Shown piece by piece: positions 26,222 through 31,339 of a stretch of 31,339 bases of DNA; within the stretch, counting starts at the first letter, position 1, and every line of letters starts with the position of its first letter. The position numbers were made by a program, and so were the translations under genes. The notes under the pieces were generated by a model that saw only the letters and a list, made by a program, of their open reading frames with translations, was not told the DNA's origin and made no database searches. Source of the DNA: a virus (Duplodnaviria; Caudoviricetes); IMG/VR virus record IMGVR_UViG_3300030104_002171, positions 1 to 31,339 of that record; one strand, written 5' to 3'.

Positions 26222-26256
26222 ACCCATATTGTGGCACATCAGTAAAAACCTGTCAA
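26222..26256 (-). promoter_or_regulatory. Sigma70 promoter with an operator overlapping the -10
   Basis: TTGACA(26256-26251)-17-CACAAT(26233-26228) with extended TG; site ACCCATATTGTGG at 26222-26234. Confidence 0.75.
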
Positions 26257-26303
26257 ACAGGTAAGTAAAAATAAACTGTCAGAACCTTAGTATTATCAAC
26301 AAT

Positions 26304-27188
26304 TTAAAAAGGATTTTTTTTACTTTTAGCATGTATTAGTGGAATATCATCAATATCTCTAAAACTTCTAGTAGACGTGTCCCAGATTAAATTAAATTCT
26401 CCAAGATTACCTTGCACATTCATTTCCCTGACTTTACAAACTCTAAAATCAGTAAAACCCTTATCTACATCCCTGTTGACTATCATAATTGTATCGGATT
26501 TATTGAACCAATGACTGCTCCCACTGATGTCATATGCACTAGTCACAACATACCTACCATCTGCTTGTCTGATTTGTTTGTTCGGATGAGCAACCATAAA
26601 AGTAATTGTGTTTGTCTCTCTGTTAAATTTTTTGATTTTGCTGATTAGCAAACTTATGTGTTCGTCTTCTCGCAAGTTATTTCTTGTTGGATTGATTTCA
26701 TTGTATGGGTCGACAACAATACCATCAATATCAAGATACTCAGCAGATTCATAACACCTAGACAGAACCCAGTCAATATCTGGGCTATCATCTGCATGGT
26801 CGATGAAATAAAAATGCTTTGATATAAAATCAAGTGAATTTGATAACTCTTTTTCATTGATTCTGTTTTTGAACATGAGGTCAAATGGTTTCTTGATAAA
26901 CTTCTCACAAAGTCGTTTGACGTTCACAGCTAAAGAATGTTCTGGAGAGAATATAAGATATTTAAAACCATGGTCTCTTGCATTGTTCATAATAACGTCA
27001 GCAACAAAAGAACTCTTACCACTGTTTGGTGTGCCTGTTATCAAGTTAAAACTTGGTTTAATAAGTTTGAAATATGGTTTCATTGCCTCATATCCACAAT
27101 CATATTGCTTGTGTGATTTTCCTGTATATAAGTCTTCTATTGCATCTCTCAAATCATCGACACTAAAGACCCCATCAATTTTTTTCAT
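26304..27188 (-). CDS. SF4 replicative helicase (T7 gp4/Twinkle-like helicase domain only)
   Basis: Walker A TGTPNSGKS, FSPE, VVDPYN, MVAHPNK, YDISGSSHWFNKSD, KVR. Confidence 0.9.
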   Translation of the reverse strand: MKKIDGVFSVDDLRDAIEDLYTGKSHKQYDCGYEAMKPYFKLIKPSFNLITGTPNSGKSSFVADVIMNNARDHGFKYLIFSPEHSLAVNVKRLCEKFIKKPFDLMFKNRINEKELSNSLDFISKHFYFIDHADDSPDIDWVLSRCYESAEYLDIDGIVVDPYNEINPTRNNLREDEHISLLISKIKKFNRETNTITFMVAHPNKQIRQADGRYVVTSAYDISGSSHWFNKSDTIMIVNRDVDKGFTDFRVCKVREMNVQGNLGEFNLIWDTSTRSFRDIDDIPLIHAKSKKNPF

Positions 27189-27193
27189 GTTAT

Positions 27194-27580
27194 TTATCCT
27201 AGTAGAAAGTTTTTATTTTTTGTTCGTTTCTCAAACGTATGCTTTTTTTTATTTATATTAGTATTGTGTGCCACTGTGTCGTTACTAATTACCTTATTTG
27301 TCAGTAGTGCAGATTTGTCGCTACCCAAAATGTATATGTTATGATTCCACATATTTTTTCTTGGATGCTTAACGACTTTGATATAACCAGAATCTTTTAG
27401 TTCTTTAATATTCCTGTTAATAGTTCTCACAGAGCAATGACAAAGATTTGCTAAGTGATTTATACTTGGATAGCATCTGTGTTCATCGTCAGCATAATTT
27501 GACAACATGAGTAGAACTAACTTAGACATAGAACTACCGGTGTCCTGTTTTACCGCCCACGCCATTGATTCAAAAGACAT
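27194..27580 (-). CDS. HTH replication initiator (O-like, HTH_36)
   Basis: MS...MAWA...KLVLLMLSNYADD...CYPSI..LA..C.CS.RTI.R.IKEL...GYI...N.Y. Confidence 0.82.
   Translation of the reverse strand: MSFESMAWAVKQDTGSSMSKLVLLMLSNYADDEHRCYPSINHLANLCHCSVRTINRNIKELKDSGYIKVVKHPRKNMWNHNIYILGSDKSALLTNKVISNDTVAHNTNINKKKHTFEKRTKNKNFLLG
27205..27335. other. Putative replication origin (two iterons plus AT-rich tract) in the initiator 3' end
   Basis: Minus strand GTAGCGACAAATCTGCACTAC (27324-27304) and GTAACGACACAGTGGCACAC (27285-27266), followed by an A/T-rich stretch. Confidence 0.45.
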
Positions 27581-27582
27581 AC

Positions 27583-27777
27583 CTAGACCTGTGAATCGTA
27601 AAAATCGTTTGGTGTAACTTCTCCCTTGGTTTCTTTAACGATAATGTCCATGTGTTCTTTTCTTGGAATCCTTGTTCCATAAACATATTTATTTACAGTT
27701 GATAACGTGATTCCAGAGTCGACAGAAAAATCTTTTTTTGTCATCCTCATTTTCTTTATATATTCACTTAGTTTCAT
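27583..27777 (-). CDS. Cro-like HTH transcriptional regulator
   Basis: MKLSEYI...F....GITLSTVNKY..G.RIP...I...TKGEVTPNDF; RBS aggag. Confidence 0.85.
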   Translation of the reverse strand: MKLSEYIKKMRMTKKDFSVDSGITLSTVNKYVYGTRIPRKEHMDIIVKETKGEVTPNDFYDSQV

Positions 27778-27805
27778 TGTGACTCCTTGATTTAGTGTTT
27801 TTTAG

Positions 27806-27851
27806 ATACAAAATGTACTTGATTATAACCCAATATGTGCTAGGGTGTCTA
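27806..27851. promoter_or_regulatory. Overlapping divergent promoters with two operators
   Basis: Minus strand: TAGACA(27851-27846)-18-TATAAT(27827-27822). Plus strand: TTGATT(27819-27824)-16-TAGGGT with TG. Sites ATACAAAATGTAC (27806) and ACCCAATATGTGC (27828). Confidence 0.7.
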
Positions 27852-27879
27852 GTTATATAAACTAACTTATGGAGTTATT

Positions 27880-28455
27880 ATGAAAAAAAATAGTCCTGCA
27901 GAAGAACATCTGCGTGAGAAGGCAGAACGTCATAATGAACATTTAGAAATGCTTTTACTTGTTAGAAAAAAACTAGCTAACTCAAAAGATTTCTCTATGG
28001 ACGGCACTGGAGTATATGGAAACTCTTATTTGCCATTACCAAAAATACTTAAACTGGTTGAACCTCTCTTAATTGAAAGTGGTTTTGTATCAAGTGTTTT
28101 TGAGTCAACAAACGCACAAGATGACCAAATGAACAGAGTGAGGTTTACTATGAGATTGCATTATGTGCCTACTAATGAAGAGGTATATAGTGACCCCATA
28201 ACAATACCAATGGATAAAGTGTCTGCACATGGTAAGGTTGCAAGTCTGACTTATGCTAGAAGATGTCTGTATGAATGTATGTTCAATCTACCTAGAAAAG
28301 ATGACGATGCAAAAGATACTATGAATGTTGCAGACCACCAAGACGCTATCAAGTCACATCAAGAGCAAATAGAAAAAATACAGAGAAAAGCAAATAAGAA
28401 TGGTGCTAACTTGAAAGTAGACAAACCAAAAATTAAAACAACAACATGGGAGTAA
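27880..28455 (+). CDS. erf: ERF-family single-strand annealing protein
   Basis: Y..L..IL..V.PLL...G, then HGKVASLTYARR..Y...F.L...DDDA. Confidence 0.85.
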   Translation: MKKNSPAEEHLREKAERHNEHLEMLLLVRKKLANSKDFSMDGTGVYGNSYLPLPKILKLVEPLLIESGFVSSVFESTNAQDDQMNRVRFTMRLHYVPTNEEVYSDPITIPMDKVSAHGKVASLTYARRCLYECMFNLPRKDDDAKDTMNVADHQDAIKSHQEQIEKIQRKANKNGANLKVDKPKIKTTTWE

Positions 28456-28457
28456 TT

Positions 28458-28877
28458 ATGAACGACAAAACATTCAAAGAAGATTTAACAGACGCTTTGC
28501 AAGAGGCAAAAGAAAAACTTGACCGTATGTCAGGAACACTAAATGAGCCACAAGAAACTGATTCTTTAATGAAAGTAGGTAAAATTGATGATGGTTCACA
28601 ATTTGGCAAAATGATTTGTGTGTTAAAGCGGACAAGCAGAAACAGTGGAGAACAATATTATGTAGTTTTCGAGCAGAAAGGTTTTGTCTCAAGGACTGAC
28701 CCAGACCTCAAAAAAGATTACATCATAGATGGTAACATCGTTTTAGATGGAACAGATTACAATCTATGGGGTTATGAGAAAACTGGTGAGTCTCAGAATG
28801 GTAAATATGACTTTATATCTTTATCATTAGCAGTAAAAAAAGAAAAAGAAACAGATGAGAATGGTACACCATTTTAA
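28458..28877 (+). CDS. Putative ssDNA-binding protein
   Basis: RBS ggag before 28458. PD....Y..GNIVLDG..Y.LWG....G..FISLSL, acidic tail ending PF; sits between ERF and the exonuclease. Confidence 0.6.
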   Translation: MNDKTFKEDLTDALQEAKEKLDRMSGTLNEPQETDSLMKVGKIDDGSQFGKMICVLKRTSRNSGEQYYVVFEQKGFVSRTDPDLKKDYIIDGNIVLDGTDYNLWGYEKTGESQNGKYDFISLSLAVKKEKETDENGTPF

Positions 28878-28897
28878 AATTTTTTCGTGGTGTACTA

Positions 28898-28977
28898 AAA
28901 GCAGAGGTCATACTGCTTTAACTCCAAAGGGTAAGTCGGATAGTAAAACTCTCAGAGAAACTCTGGTCGACTTACCC
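28898..28977 (+). other. Structured intergenic element
   Basis: aaagcag/ctgcttt hairpin, then a perfect gggtaagtcg/cgacttaccc stem enclosing cagag-aaa-ctctg. Confidence 0.6.
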
Positions 28978-29005
28978 GAACTAAAACTAACAAGAGGTAC
29001 AAGAA

Positions 29006-29776
29006 ATGGATAGAACGAAAGGTGTTGGCGGTAGTGATGCCAACAAGATAATCAAAGGTGAATGGCACGACCTTTGGCTTATAAAAACAAAAAGAAAAGA
29101 GCCAGATGATTTATCAGATGTCATCCCAGTTCAAATTGGTATAGCAACGGAATCTTTAAACATAGATATCTTTGAAAAATTAAGTGGGATGGAAGTAAAA
29201 AGAGATGTTGAATTGACACAAAAAAATCACATGATGAGTCATTTAGATGGTTTTATATCAAAAGAAAAATGTGTGTTAGAGTGTAAACATACTTATCAAA
29301 ATAACACTATTGAAGATGTTGCGAAACAATATTATGCACAATTACAACATTACATGATGCACTCTGAAACTAACAAAGCATATCTATCTGTCTTTTTTGG
29401 AAACGTAAGGCATGAATATGTATACATAGAATTTGATAAAGAGTTTGCAGATAAACTATACATTCAAGAAGAAAAGTTTTGGAAGTTAGTTTTAGAAGAT
29501 AAAGAGCCAACAATAGATGTCGATTCATCAATTATAGATATACCGGAACACCCAAATTTAGATGGTATGACAACGATTGATATGTCAAAAGACCAAGCAT
29601 GGAACACATCTGCAAGATTAATCATAGAGACAAAAGAATACGTTGACGTAAACAAAAATGCTAGAGATAACTTGAAAATACTTGTACCAAATGACTGTAG
29701 AAAAGCGTTTGGATGTGGTTTTTCTATAACAAGAAATAAGAAAGGTAGTTTAGTTTGTAGAGAAATAAATGAGTAG
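29006..29776 (+). CDS. YqaJ-like (lambda exo family) exonuclease
   Basis: R..GVGGSDA...LW..KT, G...E, SHLDG, LECK, YYAQLQHYM, FW. Confidence 0.93.
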   Translation: MDRTKGVGGSDANKIIKGEWHDLWLIKTKRKEPDDLSDVIPVQIGIATESLNIDIFEKLSGMEVKRDVELTQKNHMMSHLDGFISKEKCVLECKHTYQNNTIEDVAKQYYAQLQHYMMHSETNKAYLSVFFGNVRHEYVYIEFDKEFADKLYIQEEKFWKLVLEDKEPTIDVDSSIIDIPEHPNLDGMTTIDMSKDQAWNTSARLIIETKEYVDVNKNARDNLKILVPNDCRKAFGCGFSITRNKKGSLVCREINE

Positions 29777-30350
29777 TTTTTCACCAATAAAAAGTAAATA
29801 TATATCCAACAACTGTGAACCAGATATGGACGAGTCTCCCCAGTATGGAATCGTGGAACATAGAGATATTGACGACAGAATGAAAGCAGAGTTTACGATT
29901 GTAGCAAAAGAATTCGGAAAAGAAGTCAGAGCAAAAGTACATTCTGGTAATGAAACTATCAGAAAAGTTAAATGTTGGAGAATACCAACTCACTCTTATA
30001 TTGGAGATGTTTTAAATAGAGAAATAGTCAATGCCAACGATGTATTTAATTATAAAATATCTAATATTCAAGACATACAATATTTAGAATACAGTGTTGG
30101 AGATTTTTACAACTGGCACTCTGATATTTGTTATGGTTTGTCAAGCACTAGAAAAATATCAATTAGTTGTCCACTCAATTATGATTACACCGGTGGTCAA
30201 CTTGAAATTATGAGTGATGGTGAAGTTGTAACTTGTAATGAAGATTATATGGTTTCATTCACAAGTTTTTTACCACATAGAGTTAAAAAAATTACCAAAG
30301 GCACAAGAAAATGTTTAGTTGCTTGGGTCAATGGAGAATCATGGAGATAA
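29769..30350 (+). CDS. 2OG-Fe(II) oxygenase (prolyl-hydroxylase-like)
   Basis: Q.LEY..GDFYNWHSD, RKIS, Y.GG.L, FLPHRV..ITKGTR..LVAW. Confidence 0.92.
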   Translation: MSSFSPIKSKYISNNCEPDMDESPQYGIVEHRDIDDRMKAEFTIVAKEFGKEVRAKVHSGNETIRKVKCWRIPTHSYIGDVLNREIVNANDVFNYKISNIQDIQYLEYSVGDFYNWHSDICYGLSSTRKISISCPLNYDYTGGQLEIMSDGEVVTCNEDYMVSFTSFLPHRVKKITKGTRKCLVAWVNGESWR

Positions 30351-30354
30351 TAAT

Positions 30355-30609
30355 ATGAAAAACTTAACAAAAGAAGAAGTAATTGGTAGATTGAGTTTTG
30401 CTAAAATTCAAATCAAATCACAAAATACTAAGTTGATAGATGAATTTAATGAAATATTGCATGGTAAAACATTTGGGTCAGATGCAGTAAGCAAAATATC
30501 AGAAATAATTGATTCTATTAGTAAGTGTAAAAACAGAACAATTTTCCTAGATGATTTGTGCAAAATTACTGCTTTTGAAAAAGTAAATGATAAAAAAGAA
30601 GAAAAATGA
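30355..30609 (+). CDS. Hypothetical protein
   Basis: RBS ggag before ATG 30355, in frame with the listed ORF; operon continuity. Confidence 0.7.
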   Translation: MKNLTKEEVIGRLSFAKIQIKSQNTKLIDEFNEILHGKTFGSDAVSKISEIIDSISKCKNRTIFLDDLCKITAFEKVNDKKEEK

Positions 30610-31058
30610 CTGATATTGTAGATGAAAGTGAAGTTGTATTACTAGTAGACTTTGTTAAGGATATCTCAGCAGATTATTGTGAGAATACTGATGATATAAA
30701 TTCATTGATAAAAACATGCAACGTCAGACGTACTGTTAAAAAAATATTAAGAAGATATCACATACATGATATAAACGATGCTCTTGTCGACTGTGAAAAA
30801 TATTTAGAATTAGATAATTTAGAATCTGATAAACAAAAATTGAATAATTATTTAGATAAAACACAAGGAACACTATATAACAAAGCAAAATATAATTTGC
30901 TAAAATATCCAGAAAAATTTTTTAGGCGAGAAAATTATAAAATAACACCAGATGAATTATATAAAATCAAGATGAACAAAGTAAACAGTGGTCAGCAGTT
31001 GACAGAAATTGAACAGAATTTTATTGAAACTTATTTGAAAAACAACTTAGGTGAATGA
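30606..31058 (+). CDS. Hypothetical protein, 150 aa
   Basis: ATGA-coupled; long ORF in AT-rich DNA. Confidence 0.75.
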   Translation: MTDIVDESEVVLLVDFVKDISADYCENTDDINSLIKTCNVRRTVKKILRRYHIHDINDALVDCEKYLELDNLESDKQKLNNYLDKTQGTLYNKAKYNLLKYPEKFFRRENYKITPDELYKIKMNKVNSGQQLTEIEQNFIETYLKNNLGE

Positions 31059-31065
31059 TAAATAA

Positions 31066-31221
31066 ATGATAATAGAAATATATTTTTTTACTTTTCTTTT
31101 TGTACTAGGTTTATCAGTATATGCTTGGAATATTTATTGGGATAATATCAATGAGAACGAGAGACATTTATTGTTGATAATTATATTGATTCCCTTGATA
31201 TGTTTGGTATTGGTGTTGTAA
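31066..31221 (+). CDS. 51-aa two-TM membrane protein
   Basis: Read by hand: MIIEIYFFTFLFVLGLSVYAWNIYWDNINENERHLLLIIILIPLICLVLVL. RBS aggtg; TAATG overlap with the next gene. Confidence 0.65.
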   Translation: MIIEIYFFTFLFVLGLSVYAWNIYWDNINENERHLLLIIILIPLICLVLVL

Positions 31222-31339
31222 TGAAAAAAGACATAATCAACCCACCACATTACAAGCATGGCGATATAGAATGTATAGATGTCATCAAAGCATCTATGTC
31301 TCATAAAGAGTTTTGTGCATATCTTAAAGGACAAATATT
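31221..31339 (+). CDS. DUF3310 protein, 5' part (joins 1..195)
   Basis: MKKDIINPPHYKHGDIECIDVIK is the canonical D..N.P.HY..G.IECID start. Confidence 0.87.
   Translation, partial: MKKDIINPPHYKHGDIECIDVIKASMSHKEFCAYLKGQI
31264..31339. repeat. Terminal direct repeat, right copy
   Basis: Identical to 2-77. The preceding base differs (g at 31263, a at 1). Confidence 0.97.

Noticed and set aside
2742-27261. Many plus-strand ORFs over the minus-strand genes (e.g. 3312-3548, 8427-8828, 11674-12003, 13143-13502, 17130-17492, 26857-27261)
   Set aside because: Antisense shadows of well-supported genes, with no RBS and S/L/I-biased translations. Only 19801-20043 occupies its own space.
27583-27880. 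Divergent region as a lambda CI/Cro lysogeny switch
   Set aside because: The gene opposite the Cro-like ORF is ERF, not a CI. No integrase or partition genes were recognised.
28878-29005. tRNA in this or other intergenic spacers
   Set aside because: No cloverleaf or T-loop GTTCRA in a suitable context was found by eye. tRNAscan-SE or Aragorn would settle it.

Overview
This window looks like one complete, circularly assembled genome (about 31.26 kb) of an AT-rich tailed dsDNA bacteriophage. Bases 2-77 repeat exactly at 31264-31339, and a DUF3310-like gene reads through that junction. It has an HK97-fold head and GTA-like non-contractile tail genes. The minus-strand late region (26194 to 1962) runs: TerS, TerL, an extended portal, a Ref-like nuclease, a MuF protein with a zincin C-terminus, prohead protease, major capsid protein, hub, an HlyC-like acyltransferase, central tail tip, fibre, a cluster of membrane/secreted proteins, head-tail connectors, tail tube, a frameshifted chaperone pair, tape measure and Dit. 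A divergent control region at about 27.8 kb separates a Cro-like/initiator/helicase block from ERF, SSB-like, YqaJ nuclease and 2OG-Fe(II) oxygenase genes. A three-gene early cassette array with 41-bp repeats lies at 0.7-1.9 kb. I saw no integrase, CI-type repressor, DNA polymerase, primase, tRNA, CRISPR array or recognisable endolysin. A marine alphaproteobacterial host is only an inference. Most interesting: (1) the HlyC-like acyltransferase coupled to the tail tip gene, (2) the MuF-metallopeptidase with a convergent, separately promoted candidate immunity gene, (3) portal cargo domains separated by K/A sites like the capsid maturation site, (4) a 13-bp operator at five promoters and next to the putative origin, and (5) the repeat-bounded early cassettes. 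All family calls come from reading motifs by eye; no searches were run.
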